Position numbers and translations under genes: made by a program. 44,518 bases of DNA. Origin: Chiloscyllium plagiosum (taxonomy: Eukaryota). The stretch spans positions 2,258,166-2,302,683 of the forward strand of contig NC_057758.1 of assembly GCF_004010195.1 (NCBI RefSeq), written 5' to 3'. Under the pieces are notes generated by a model that worked only from the letters and a program-made list of their open reading frames with translations, ran no database searches and was not told where the DNA came from. Below, in pieces: positions 1 to 12,554 of the stretch; position 1 is the first letter of the stretch; each line of letters begins with the position of its first letter.

Positions 1-59
1 AAATGTCTCTGATGCATTTAACGCTATTGAAATTGCTTTCCACGCACCCACCGCTCTCT

Positions 60-396
60 TTGTAAAAATAGTTTAGAGATTTCTTGCCTCAAGTATCCTA
101 TCGGACAGTGCATTTCAGGAGCCCGTCTCCTTCTGGGTGAACCAGTTTTTCCTCAAATCTCCTGTGCCCTGGCTGCATCCTCTATAGTCAATTGCAGCCT
201 TTCTGTGGAGAGCAGAACTTTGTACAGTATTCCACACGGTGTCTAACCAAAGTCCTGAAGAGTGTCAAGGTAACCTCTTTGCACTTGTAAGCGATCACAC
301 ATCTGATTAAGCCAAATTGCTCCTCTGCCTTCTTCACTCCACTTTTATTCTCTCCGACCACCTTCAGGGACCTGTGGACAAGCACCCTAACATCCC
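60..396 (-). mobile_element. CR1-type LINE fragment (RT C-terminal region)
   Basis: Minus-strand translation TLTLFRTLVRHRVEYCTKFCSP resembles the CR1 motif LYKTLVRPHLEYCVQFWSP; degenerate. Confidence 0.65.
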
Positions 397-684
397 TCCT
401 AAGACTGGCACACTATTATCCTGTTAGTGGTACATCCCGCTACAAAGTCACTCTGCCCTATTAGACATAGATAATTCTATTTGTTTTTGCTTCTTCTGTT
501 TTCCTATGCCTGGTACATCATGCTACACGGTCACTCTGCCCTATTAGTCATATATTGTTCTACCTGTTTTCGTTTCTCACTGCATGCGCAGTATTTGCAT
601 GTGCAGCCTAATTTTATAATGTAAGTTTTTGCAGAAGAAACACCTGTTCCCTTGTTCTGCACAATCTTAACACTATACCTTACA
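397..684 (-). mobile_element. Partial ERV LTR (U3 part), paralogue of the 5' LTR at 25331
   Basis: Reverse complement starts TGTAAGGTATAG at 684 and matches 25331-25617; it also shares the same upstream flank (ATGAGAATAGT|TGT). Confidence 0.9.
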
Positions 685-739
685 ACTATTCTCATGTGAG
701 TACATGTGACAATAAATCTAATAAACGTCATTCATCTCC

Positions 740-1440
740 TGGGTTTCCAAAAATAGATCGCTTTTTGATTTTTAAGAAGCCCCATTCGCTCCCTCGTTTC
801 TCTGTTGCTCTCAAAAACGATTCAGAGTCTCTTTCGATTCTCGTTAAACTTAGGAACCAAAGTTATCTCGTCACGTTTTGCCATCCTGATTTCACTCGTA
901 TGGGTGCTCCTCCACACTGCTTGCTCCTCAAGGGGTTCACTTGATCCCAGTCGCCCAAACCTGACATGCATCTCTTTTATTCGTGACCACATCGTCGATA
1001 GTCCCTGGCACGTACTGTTCCATACCCCTGATAACAATTCCCTTCACTCGAATAGGAACATGCTGTCTGTGAACACTTGTTATCTCGCTTCTGAAAAACT
1101 CGCATATGCCAATTTCCCCAATCACCTTTAGAAAGCTCCTCCCAGCCCTACCCACCTCTAATTTATCTCTCCACCCACGAGGCGCCCAGCCTCATTCCTG
1201 ATTTTCCAGCTCATCGGAGGCTGCCTGACTTGCTGTGCGTCTACAGTGCCACACCCTCGACTCAAGTCTCCAGCGTCTGTAGTTCTCACTTTCGCCTTTT
1301 TGAAGTTTCCTGCCTAGCAGCATCGAAATTGGCCTTGCCCAGATTCGTAAAATTACCTTGTAGACCAGGCCTATCTTTGACCAGAACTGTTTACAAATTA
1401 AGAGTATTACTCTCACCTTCCCTTCCTTACTTCCCAAGGA
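740..1440 (-). mobile_element. CR1 ORF2 fragment (endonuclease-RT linker), interrupted by a short PLE-terminus insert at about 1130-1293
   Basis: Translations resembling WGKANFD..RQE, EFFRSEITSVHRQHVPIRVKG and SEIRMAKR..EITL..KFNEN, typical of the CR1 linker. Confidence 0.7.
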
Positions 1441-1499
1441 GAAGCACAGTTCAGATCGAGATTAGTTCAATCATGATCTTATTGAATGGCAAGGCCGGC

Positions 1500-1914
1500 A
1501 TGTGTGTGTGTGTGTGTGTGTGTATGTGTGTGTGTGTGTGTGTGTGTNNNNNNNNNNNNNNNNNNNNNNNNNNNNNNNNNNNNNNNNNNNNNNNNNNNNN
1601 NNNNNNNNNNNNNNNNNNNNNNNNNNNNNNNNNNNNNNNNNNNNNNNNNNNNNNNNNNNNNNNNNNNNNNNNNNNNNNNNNNNNNNNNNNNNNNNNNNNN
1701 NNNNNNNNNNNNNNNNNNNNNNNNNNNNNNNNNNNNNNNNNNNNNNNNNNNNNNNNNNNNNNNNNNNNNNNNNNNNNNNNNNNNNNNNNNNNNNNNNNNN
1801 NNNNNNNNNNNNNNNNNNNNNNNNNNNNNNNNNNGTGCCTGTGTGTGTGTGTGTGTGTCTGTGTGTGCCTGTGTGTGTGTGTGCGTGCTTGTGTGTGTGT
1901 GTGTGTGTGTGTGT

Positions 1915-1959
<45 letters not shown>

Positions 1960-1975
1960 TATGTGCGTGTGTTTC
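1500..1975. repeat. (TG)n microsatellite spanning assembly gap 1548-1834
   Basis: Directly visible. Confidence 0.95.
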
Positions 1976-2404
1976 CGTGTATTACTGTGTGCAACTCAGC
2001 ATCTGCATCTGTGAGCATTTGGTGTTCTGTTGTTTTGGTAATTAATCCATTGAAACAGAGATCAAAGGTCCCTTCATACTGTCTCACTCTCTCTTCGTCA
2101 CTCTCTTTTGTTGAACGTGATACATCACCCTCGTCTACTGGCCGCGCAATGCTGCTGCAGAAGCAGCAGCTTTGTTATTTGAAAGGCATCATACACAATG
2201 ACTCCCTCATTTTTGAACTGAATTGGCTTCATTGCCACGTGCACTCTGGTGCAGTGTAAATTTTGCAAAGTCCTTATTAATGGCGCCATCTCAGGTGCAG
2301 ATTCTTAAGTATTTGGTACAAAATTAATAGGGTAATAAATGAAAGTCCAGCAGAGAAACAGCAAGGAGAAAATAATGATTCGACTTCTATTCCTTTCATT
2401 TCAG

Positions 2405-2960
2405 TCTGCGCCAGCACCAAGTTTCCAAGAGGCACTGGGCCCACTCTCCAGACCGCACTGGGCCCAGTCACTGAACCATGCTGATCCCAGTCTCGAGACA
2501 ACACCGTGCCCACACTTCAGATGGCACTGGGCCAAGACTCCAGACCACACCGGGCTCAGTCTCAAAAACCCACCGGCTAAATCTCCAGTCTGCACCGTGC
2601 CCAGTCTCCAGACCGCACTAAGCCAAGTCTTCAGACCGTGCATGGTCCAGTCTCCAGGCCGCGCTAAACCAGTCTCAAAACTGCACTGCTCTCAGTCTTC
2701 AGAGAGCACCGGGCTGAGTCTCCAGACGGTAGCAGGCCCAGTCTTCAGAGAGCACCAGACCAGTCTCCAGACCATGCCGGAGCCAGTCTCCAGAATGATG
2801 TGAGCTCAGTCTCCAGACTATATTGGGTCGAGTCTCCAAACTGTTTCGAGCCCAGTCTCCAGACAACGTAGGACCCTGTTTCTAGGCCGCACAGGACCCA
2901 GTCTCCAGGACACATCGTGCCCAGTCATCTGACTGCACTGGCCCAGTCTCAGACGCACAG
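2405..2960. repeat. 23-bp degenerate minisatellite, about 24 units, consensus near GCACTGGGCCCAGTCTCCAGACC
   Basis: Consecutive 23-nt units counted from 2432. Confidence 0.9.
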
Positions 2961-3859
2961 TGCTTTAAATAACATGGCCTCGGCTCACGTGTCAGCCTCT
3001 GGTCTGAAACACATCTCCCTATTCCCCTCAGAGTTACTTTAAAGTGTTAAAAGGTTGAGAAAGAGAACACATCACAAAACACGAAAAGAAAGAAGCAGAA
3101 TAATAACGGGGAGAGTACAGAAACTCTCGCTAAAGCATTTCGACTCTGCCACCATTTGTTGGATATTTCACGGCTGTTTCTTTCGTCAAAGAATGAGTTT
3201 GGAGACTCGGAGCAGCTTTGTCCGTTCCCTTGCAATTCTGTCTCTGAGATATTAAAAGAAGGAGTTGAACATGCCAATTGCTGGCCCATATGCCACCTTT
3301 CGAAATGTTTCAGAACTTTAAAATCCATTCTCACTATAATTTTGAAGAGTATATCAAAAAACATTTTAAGTTAGAGAATGTGCAATAAAATTGATCCCAA
3401 CATTTTCCAAATGAGTGGCCTGCGTACAATTTGCCTCCTGTGGTTTTAATGGCTCCCAGTGCTGGACAGATATCTCGTCCGTGCTTATATATCAATTCAT
3501 TGTTCTGGTGTGTATAGCTTCTGGTGCAGGACCGATAGCTCACCTTGGTTTATGGCATCTGAGCAGATTCTGTGAGATGGATTGAGATTGTGATATAACT
3601 GAGCATTTCAGTTGATGTGGCAAAGCCTTTTGTTCTGAATCGTATGATTGAACACTTTGTTAACACTTCGTTACAGTGTGCCCATGCACAGTAAATCATG
3701 TTGGTGAATACCCTCTGTCCTGACAGCAGCCACAGCCTCTTCATTCTGAAGCAGTCAGCTATTTCCATGTAAAAAGAAATGATGGCTTCTCGGATAAAGG
3801 CCATCCCCTTGTTACACGGCTAAAAATTCGCTTCGCTTCCCTCACCATTCCCGCTAGGA

Positions 3860-4190
3860 GAAAGTGAGGACAGCAGATGCTGGAGCACCAGAGTTGAAAA
3901 ATATCGTACTGGAAAAAAACAGCAGGCCAGGCAGCATCCGCGGAGCAGGAGAATCGACGTTTTGGGCATAAGCCCTTCTTCAGGAATGAGGCTGGTGTGC
4001 CAAGCGGGCTGAGATAAATGGTAGGGGGAGGGAATTTGGGGGAGGGCGGGGAGGGGGAGTTAAAGTGTTCAGCCACGGGGGGTTGGGTTGCTTGGTGCGG
4101 GTGTCCAAGAGGTGTTCCCTGAAACATTCCACAAGTAGGCGGCATGTCTCCCCAATGTAGAGGAGACCACATCGGGTGCAACGGATACAT
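3860..4190 (-). mobile_element. Penelope-like element 3' fragment (GIY-YIG remnant plus terminal repeat), internally deleted relative to 21958-22575
   Basis: CIRCTRCGLLYIGET..RE.HL motif followed by the CTGAAGAAGGGCTTATGCCCAAAACGTC terminus. Confidence 0.85.
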
Positions 4191-4194
4191 TGCA

Positions 4195-5560
4195 TACCGA
4201 CTTTTCCCGGAAAATGCTATAACCAACATTCTGTGCCCGTCATTGTCTGAAACATCCAATCTGAAACATTGCAGTTCCTTGGATGCTGCCTGACCTGCTG
4301 CGCTTTTCCAGCAACACATTTTCAGCTCTGATCTCCAGCATCTGCAGTCCTCACTTTCTCCTGAAACATTCTATAATCGTCATTCCCCAGAACGTTCTGT
4401 ACCAATATTCTATGGAACACACCATAACTGACATTCGCCAGAACATTTAAAACCCGACATTCCCCGGGACGTTCTATAATCGACATATCCAATGACATCA
4501 GTCATTCCCTGGAATGTTTAAACCAAAACTGTCCTCGAAACGTTGTCTGCTGGACATTTCCCAGAATGTCCATCACCCGATATTCCCAGGAACGTACAAA
4601 ACCAGACATTATTTGAACCATTCTTATACCTGACATTCGCTGGAACATTCTGTGCCTAGCATTCCACATAACCCTGTAAAACCAACATTCCCTGGGACTC
4701 TCCATACACAACACTCTCTGGGACACTTTATAGCAGACAATCTCCCGAAGGTTCGACAACCGACATTCGCCAGAACATTCCATACTCAACATTCCCAAGA
4801 ACGTTCTGTGCCAGACAGTTCGCGAAAAATTCTGTGCTTGACGCTCACTGGCACGTCCTAGAACATTTTATACTCGAAATTACGGCAAGGTTCTATATGA
4901 GACATTCGTCTGAATGTTCCATTTGCAGCATTTCCCCTCGTTTATTCTATACTCTATATATAACATTCACTGGGACATTCCATGCATGACATTACCCAGG
5001 ACGTCCAATACTCAAGCATCCCCACGATGTTTTGAACACAAGATTCCTTGGAATTTTGTGTGCCCGACATTCCCTGGGACGGGAACTTTCTGTAACCGAT
5101 ATTCCCCAGAACGTTCTGTACCCAAACATATCTGAACACGTTCAATACCCGATATTGCCTGGGACTTCCTGTAAAAGACATACTCTGAAACGTTCTATAA
5201 CTGACATTCCCGGAATGTTCAATGCTAGACGTTCTTTGGAACGTTCGATACCCAAAATTCCCGGAAAATCCAATGCTGCACATTCCCAGGAATGCTTTTT
5301 CGCGTGACATTCTTGGACCATTCTCTGTCCGACATTGTGCAGAACGATCTGTGCTGACATTTCCCGGGATGTTTAATACCCGACATTCCCTCGGATGTTC
5401 TGTGAAAGACATTCCCCAGAAAATTTTATAGCCGAGATTCTTTGAAACGTTCTATTAATGATATTCTCAGAGCATTCTATGCAAAACATTCTTCTGAACA
5501 TTCGAAAGCCGACTTTCCCTGAAACATTCTGGACCCGACACTGCCTGGAACATTCTATAT
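4195..5560. repeat. 26-bp degenerate minisatellite, consensus near CCCGACATTCCCTGGAACRTTCTATA
   Basis: Consecutive 26-nt units countable at 4540-4830. Confidence 0.9.
4271..4360 (+). mobile_element. 90-bp truncated PLE-terminus insertion with 10-bp target-site duplication (TSD)
   Basis: GATGCTGCCTGACCTGCTG...CTCCAGCATCTGCAGTCCTCAC terminus flanked by CTGAAACATT at 4261-4270 and 4361-4370. Confidence 0.8.
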
Positions 5561-5867
5561 GCAACCTTCTCCAGAAAATACTATCCCTGACCTTTTCCCT
5601 TTGTCAATGGCTGCATGCCAATGAATTGAACAGAAGGTAAATCGCGTGGTAAGAGATCCTGTTCCAAGGAGCAGCACTGTTTCGAAATCCCCACAAGGAT
5701 GAATATGTGTTCACTGTGTTTACATTTATTCACGACGGAGGACTGATCACAATTTAAACTACATGACAGAAGCACAGAAATTTCCAACTTTTTATTGTTT
5801 TCAAGAAACTGGGAGACAATTCTTCATGACAGCAACGTTTTCACCCTCCGTAATAGGAAATGGAATA

Positions 5868-6367
5868 NNNNNNNNNNNNNNNNNNNNNNNNNNNNNNNNN
5901 NNNNNNNNNNNNNNNNNNNNNNNNNNNNNNNNNNNNNNNNNNNNNNNNNNNNNNNNNNNNNNNNNNNNNNNNNNNNNNNNNNNNNNNNNNNNNNNNNNNN
6001 NNNNNNNNNNNNNNNNNNNNNNNNNNNNNNNNNNNNNNNNNNNNNNNNNNNNNNNNNNNNNNNNNNNNNNNNNNNNNNNNNNNNNNNNNNNNNNNNNNNN
6101 NNNNNNNNNNNNNNNNNNNNNNNNNNNNNNNNNNNNNNNNNNNNNNNNNNNNNNNNNNNNNNNNNNNNNNNNNNNNNNNNNNNNNNNNNNNNNNNNNNNN
6201 NNNNNNNNNNNNNNNNNNNNNNNNNNNNNNNNNNNNNNNNNNNNNNNNNNNNNNNNNNNNNNNNNNNNNNNNNNNNNNNNNNNNNNNNNNNNNNNNNNNN
6301 NNNNNNNNNNNNNNNNNNNNNNNNNNNNNNNNNNNNNNNNNNNNNNNNNNNNNNNNNNNNNNNNNNN
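5868..6367. other. Assembly gap (500 N)
   Basis: Run of N. Confidence 1.
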
Positions 6368-6939
6368 GGCACCATGAAAACGCTGACGATTACAAATACA
6401 CACCTTGAATGGAAATATTCTTTTTTATCCACAAGTAGTAGAGATTTTGTCATATATACGTGTAGTTTTAACGTTAATTCACATTTGTCAGCTCTCCAGT
6501 GTAATCTGAAGATTGGGATTTCTCAGGTCCTGATTTTTCATTAGCTGTGTTTGCTGGAAGCAAGGAATGTGTACAGTCAGTTCGAGGGGAATATTGACCC
6601 AGGAGCTCTTAAATTGGATTTGTTGAAATGTGCTTCAGTCCCGAATAGGTACATGACGGGAAAGCCTCTGAGAAGCGTGAAAAATGATCGTTTAGAGAGG
6701 GGCAAATGTGAGTATTTTCGAGTGAAGTTGTGTAAGCCCCAGATTTCGGAAACGTGTTCATTCAGTTTCACTAACCAAACATAAAAGAATGTAAGGTGAA
6801 CATCGTCTGGTTTTGTGATGTATTATTTGGTGTTAATTACTATTGGGTAAGGGTTACAATCGAATTCCTTGACCACATTCAATATCCGACTCTCCCTTTT
6901 CTTCTGATTCTACTTCAACGTGTTTTCACTGTCAGACAT

Positions 6940-7340
6940 ATTTCAGAGAACAGGTTATGGGGTTGTTGGTGGTGGGGGAGTTGAGCTCCTTCTTGCAGTC
7001 CATGAGCTATAGACTGACCCATAACCAACTGCCAAGTTTGAAATTCTATGATCTGGGCAGGACGATATTTACGGAATGACAGATATATTTCCAAGTCAGG
7101 ATGTTGAATGGTTTGGAGTACGATTTGAAGTGCTCCCGTGTATCTACCACCCTAGCCCTTCTAGGTGGAAGTGAACATACGTTTGTAACGTATTGTCTAT
7201 TATCCCTCTGCTCACACTTCAGAGAGATGGTAACAGTGCATTTCGCATTGTCTCTCAATAGTGATTCTATGAAACTGGCTGGTAAGGAGCTGACAGTAGT
7301 GACTATGTGTCTGCCATTACTGACCATTGCCCCCCGATGG
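6940..7340 (-). mobile_element. Degenerate LINE 3' fragment (same family as 15745-15965)
   Basis: Reverse-complement similarity to 15745-15965, e.g. GACTTGGAAATATAT and AAGAAGG-AGCTCA. Confidence 0.5.
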
Positions 7341-7439
7341 CAACATAGTTCACAATCGTCACAATCTGAAATTAGACACAGGCTACAGGATGGTAGCAAT
7401 GCACTGATCAACTGTATTGACGTTTGGGTTCATGGAGAT

Positions 7440-7935
7440 GAGCACAATCTCGACAGGCCCAGGATACAGAGAATGAAGGTGGCAAAACATTTCACTTTCC
7501 TCGATGATGTGCTCAATCTGGGTCTCCTCCACCGCCTAAACAAGGACACGCACAAACTGGAAGAATCACATGTCATTTGTCATCTCGGGGATCTAGAAGC
7601 ACATGGCCTTAACACTGACTTCACCAGTTTCCAAATCATCCCTTCAATCTCACATCCAACCCCTCTGACTCGGCAAAATCCTATTGTTCTGTCCAACATT
7701 TATATATTCCGTCCCACCTATCCGTTCCAACATCCTCAGGGACCTAACACAATCACCTTCTATCTGTGTGTACCTATCGTCATTCAACCTACTTTTATAC
7801 CAGCCCCAAACCTGGTATTCATTTCTCAGTACGCCCCTCCATTCCCCAGAACTGGTGAAGAATCCTGCCCGAAACGTCAACCCTCCTGTTCCTTGGGTCT
7901 GCCTGACCTTCTATGCGTTCCCAACGCCACATTTT
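7440..7935 (+). mobile_element. PLE 3' fragment (GIY-YIG C-terminus plus terminal repeat)
   Basis: VAKHF..LGLLH..KLEESHVICHLGDLEAHGLNTDF aligns with the PLE ORF at 21958-22250; terminus GCCCGAAACGTC at about 7867. Confidence 0.75.
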
Positions 7936-8989
7936 ACGGTTCCGGCACCATCACCAAGAATCTGAAAACTAAGAACTGGACAGTTCTCATCCTTTGCTAA
8001 TTTTCTGCTGCAGTATAATCTACTTGGAAAACGAAATGTCCACCTTTGATAAGGCAGGGTCTCCTGTAGTTAATAACTGTGAAAACCAAAAGACGGACAG
8101 AATCTGTGATGCCCATGCGAGGCATTTCATTCATGACTCAAACAGTAACATGCACAAGCACACACTCAAATCCAGGACCGACCACATGCACTGACATATA
8201 CACACACGATGTTAGCCATGCATATGAACACATGAATATTCGCACAGACACCAAAGACAAACGCACCCAGATGCTCATACAAACAGAGGTACATCTTCAG
8301 TCATGCATTGTAGATCGTGTTGGATAAGTGATGTTTGGGCCTATTCCTTATGATCTTTACCTCAACTGATGCCCGTACTGAATCTTCATTGTTGACATCA
8401 TTCGAATAGTAAAATTGGCAAACCAGGGACCCAGCCTCAACATTGACACAAGAGCAATGACACGAAGGTAGAAAGTTGAAGCATTCTTCCCAGATGCTAG
8501 AAAAGGACAAGAGGAGGTATGGAAAGCAACTGCGAAACAGAAGTCGAGCGATTTCATGAAACACTGTGGATCGAGGGAGCGGGAGATAATCCCAAGGTGT
8601 CTTCGAATGTTAGATAGACGTGTAATAACAAATTAGTGATGCCAATGATTTCATCGGGGAGATAAGACTTGCAATTTTCACACAGTAAACTCCGAAGGTT
8701 AGCAGTGAAGTGTTGGATGGTCTGATCGAGAGGTTTTTGTATTGGTGCCAGAGGACTGGAGATAAATCTCAACGTCTGTTTCCCGGCAGTTTTTGAGGTT
8801 GGGTGAGATTCAGTCACTGGTAGAGATGCGCCGATAGGAACTGAGAAAAGGCTGATTTGAGGAATCTGGAAAACGCTTTCAAGTTTGGTTAGCTGGAACA
8901 TGCCATGGCAACGAGACCTGGAAGCTCACTCAGTCATACAATATACCCGTGGAAAGCGATATGTAATCAGAAAGGAAAGTCACAGCAGA

Positions 8990-10640
8990 TCTTTGCGCCG
9001 ACCTGTGAAAGCAATCTGAAGCCCATCTAACGAAATTTTTTCTATTGTCATCCATTGTTTGACCATGACTGTTAAACGCCCTGAACGTTGGAGTGTGGAC
9101 GACTATTGGAGGGAAGGCGTTCCAGGCCCTTACTACTCTGTGACTAAAAAACCTACCTTTCACATCTGCCCTCCGTCTATCTTCCCTCAATTTCGAAGCT
9201 ATGTCCCCTCGTGCTAGCCATCCCCATTCGAGGAAACGCACTCTCACTATCCAACGTATCCATCCTCTCATCATCTTTTATGTCTCAATGACATCACCTC
9301 ACAACATTCTCTCTAACGAAAGCAGCCTCAAGGACATCAGCCTTTCATCTTAAGACCTCCTGGCAACATCCTGGTAAATGTCCTCTGCGCCCTTTCCAAA
9401 TTTTCCACATCATTCCTCTCATGCAGCGACCAAAACTGTATGCAATGCTCCAAGTGCAGCTGCACCAATGATTCGGATAGCAACATGATCTGATGGCATC
9501 GAAACCCAATCACTCTACCAATAAAAGCGAACACACCATACAATATCTTGATATCCCTATCAAATTGTGTGGTATCTATCAGGGATATATGGGCATGCAC
9601 ACTGAAATCTCTCTGCTCATCCACACTGCCAAGAATCTTACCATGCACACTTTTCCGCTTTAAGCTCCATTTGCAATTTGTCAGCCTAGATCTGCAGCTT
9701 ATCTGTGTCGGTCTGGAATCTGCAACATCCTATCGGCATTGACCACAACTCCAATGACTTTAGTGTCATCTGTAAATTCATTAACCCATCTTTCTACGCT
9801 CTTATCCAGTTCCTTCAAAACAAATTAAAAACAGCACGGTCCCAAAACAGATCCTTGCGGTATACCGCTAGTAAATGAACATTTCACATCAATGACAAAC
9901 CTTCTGTCTTCCTTTAGCGAGCCAATCTCTGATCCAAACCGTTATACCAAACTCAATCCCATGCCTCCATATTTTGTGCAACAGCGTACACCGGACACCT
10001 CATCAAACACTTTATTGAAATTATATACACTGCATTAAAAACGTTACCCGCATCCCCCTATTTGTTCACCTTCTGAAACAACTCAATAAGGTTTGTGAGG
10101 CACGACGTACCCTTTACAAAATCGTGCTGACAAGCAAGCCCGAAACAAATTGTTCCTTGCCAGATGATTAGAAATCTTATCTCTCGTAATCCTTCAACGT
10201 TTCTCACAATTGAAGAAAGATAATTTCCAGGGTTATCTCTACTTCCCTTCTTGAACAAGGGGCCAACATTTGCTCTCCTCCTGTCTTCTTGCATTATTCC
10301 TGTTGACGATGACGACAGAAATGTCAAAGCCAAATGTCCTGCAATCTCCTCCCTGACCCTCCAGAGAATACTTGAATGAGTCCCATCCGGTCCAAATGTC
10401 TTAATTATTTTCACATCTTACAGAATTGCTATCATCTCTTCCTTATTAACCTCAATCCCGCCTTGTCTAATATCCTGTATGTCAGTATTCTCCTCCGCAA
10501 CATTGCCCTTTTCCAGTGTGAGTAAGGACGAGAAATATTCATTTAATGCTTCTCATATTTCCTCCAACTCCACACACAACTTCCCAGGAATATCCTTGAC
10601 TGCCCCTAATCTAAATCTTGTCATTTGTTTATCCCTGACG
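8990..10640 (-). mobile_element. CR1 LINE ORF2 remnant with deletions
   Basis: GPDGTH, RRANVGPLFKKGSRDNPGNY, QHDFVKGTSCLTNLIELF, LEHCIQFWS and FFSHRVVRAWNAFP motifs. Confidence 0.9.
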
Positions 10641-11839
10641 TAGCGATTCAAAGCCAGCCAGGCTTTAGACTATTTACTTGGTAGCTTCATTCACCCAGTG
10701 GAAAGACTGTCCACACATTGTCAATCATACTTTATTAGTCAACTGTAACACTCCAATGCCATGCTGACACATTTTATGTGGATAAGCTCTTTTCAGAGAT
10801 AGAAAAATGAATGTATCCAACAATAAGAAGCAAGCACCATGTCAAATTTTCATGGAAACCATATCGACGGACATTATTTCAACTGCATGACTGAAGTTAA
10901 GCAGCAGTTCCCATAACAATAAGTCATTTTCAACTCAAAAGAGGGTGTTTTGTTGCCACTTTCTATTTCTGTTCCATACTGATGCATCAATATCAATTAT
11001 TGTTTACAATATCTGCTAAGACAACATTTTGCATTTCTTTTTGCTCATAAACAATGTGATCAGCAAATGACTAAAAAGTTCAAGGCAATACAAAATAATC
11101 CATAAGCAAAAGCAAATCACACCAGAGTGATGCAGTGGGTAGTGGGAGAGGGGGTAGAGTTGTTGTCACAATAGTTGTGAAGATGATTGTGCATTTGTGA
11201 GGTTTGTGTTATTGATTAGGTTCCCCATGGATGTGTGCAATCAAGTTTGCACTGTTATCTTCAATGATACAGTGGAAAAAGAAATGTAAATACCCAGATG
11301 GTTGTATCAGTTGTATAAGTTCACTACTTATATTCAAGAATGTAGTGCCTGTATGATACAGGTCTCGCAGTGTTGCAAGTATTATCTACACAGTTCTAAC
11401 AGTGTTTTTTGTCTTATCTCCATGCCAGTAGGTCTATCAGCAGTATATGCCTTAATTACACACATACAGGTTTGGCATTGTGATGTGCCCTACATATATT
11501 CATATGGATTTAGCAATACTATAATTATATCCGATTAGATTCATCAATACAACCTGAATTTTGAATATCCATATAAATCCAGCAGCGCACACAAGTTAAT
11601 GGTATGTGTCCACTGTTCAAAGTGTTAAATGCATTATCATCTGCATCCATTTTTGCTGTAAGTGTCAACCTGATCCATGGATAGCAATTTCTCCATTGAA
11701 CCAGAAAATTATGGACTTCAGCCCAACTTCAGCTCAGGACAGTACTGAAGCAATGTTAAAACATCAAAAGTGCCAACATGAAATATGAAACTATGATTCA
11801 TTTTACTTATTCACCCAGAAGTATAGAATCCTGTTCTGG

Positions 11840-12350
11840 AGTACTAGACTGATTACAGTTCAGGGTGCCACACTATAAGAAGGATGTGAATGCATTGGAG
11901 AGAATGCAGAAGATGTTTATGAGATAGTTCTAGAGATGAGACACCAACAGTTATGAGGAGAAGTAGGAGCAGCTGGGACTGCTTTCCTTGAGGATGAAAA
12001 GGTCAAGATGAAATTTGATAGAGGTTTTGAACATCATGAGGGTGAACCGGAAGAAATTATTCCCCTTTATAAATGATTAAGAACCCAAGAGCACAGTTTT
12101 AAGGTGTTTTACAACAGAAGCAAAAGTGAACTGAGAAAGCACTTTTTTCTGACACTGAGTAGTTAGATTTGGAATGCACTGCCTGGAATCTGTTAGAGAC
12201 AGGTTCAGTTGAGGCATTCAAGATGATGCTTATTTAAATATAAACAATGTGCAGGATTTTGAGGAAAAGGCAGGTGAATGGCACTGAGTTAAAATGCTCA
12301 GAGAGCCAATGCAGACATGAAAGGTCAAATTACCTTCTTCTGATAATTGA
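11840..12350 (+). mobile_element. CR1 LINE 3' end, apparently inserted into an old SacSINE1-like SINE (about 11690-11810 and 12360-12540)
   Basis: KDVNALERMQ and WNALP-like coding remnants plus CR1-like tail; SINE flanks recognised only weakly. Confidence 0.7.
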
Positions 12351-12554
12351 TTCTGTGGTTCTGTGAAGTAACCAGCACTACCATTAAACACTCATTTAGC
12401 TCACTTCATATTTTCTAAGGTCCCATGGATAAACCACCTGCCATGTCTGTCTATGTAACAACAATAATGAATTGGACTTCGAATGTAATTCATCAGCAGC
12501 AAAGCATTTTAGGGCACTGATGATACAAAAGGTACTTATATTAAAAATAAAATT

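Larger units (their letters stand above)
397..5732. repeat. Left arm of inverted segmental duplication (partner 18762-25617)
   Basis: Collinear reverse-complement similarity through LTR, CR1 fragment, TG microsatellite, 23-bp array, unique DNA, PLE fragment and 26-bp array; paired ORFs such as 531-731(-) and 25284-25484(+) are nearly identical. Confidence 0.95.

Noticed and set aside
1230..2259. Long Cys-Val ORFs, and X-filled ORFs at 5763-6544
   Set aside because: Artefacts of (TG)n microsatellite and N gaps
2405..5560. CRISPR-like regular repeats
   Set aside because: Head-to-tail degenerate units with no unique spacers, no cas genes and a eukaryotic context
7101..8000. 299-aa ORF as a real gene
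   Set aside because: Chance read-through joining antisense LINE DNA to a PLE GIY-YIG remnant and terminus
8554..8901. Faint resemblance of the minus ORF to a DIRS tyrosine recombinase tail (KQTL..FTA)
   Set aside because: Catalytic H-x-x-R and Tyr residues cannot be identified; similarity too weak
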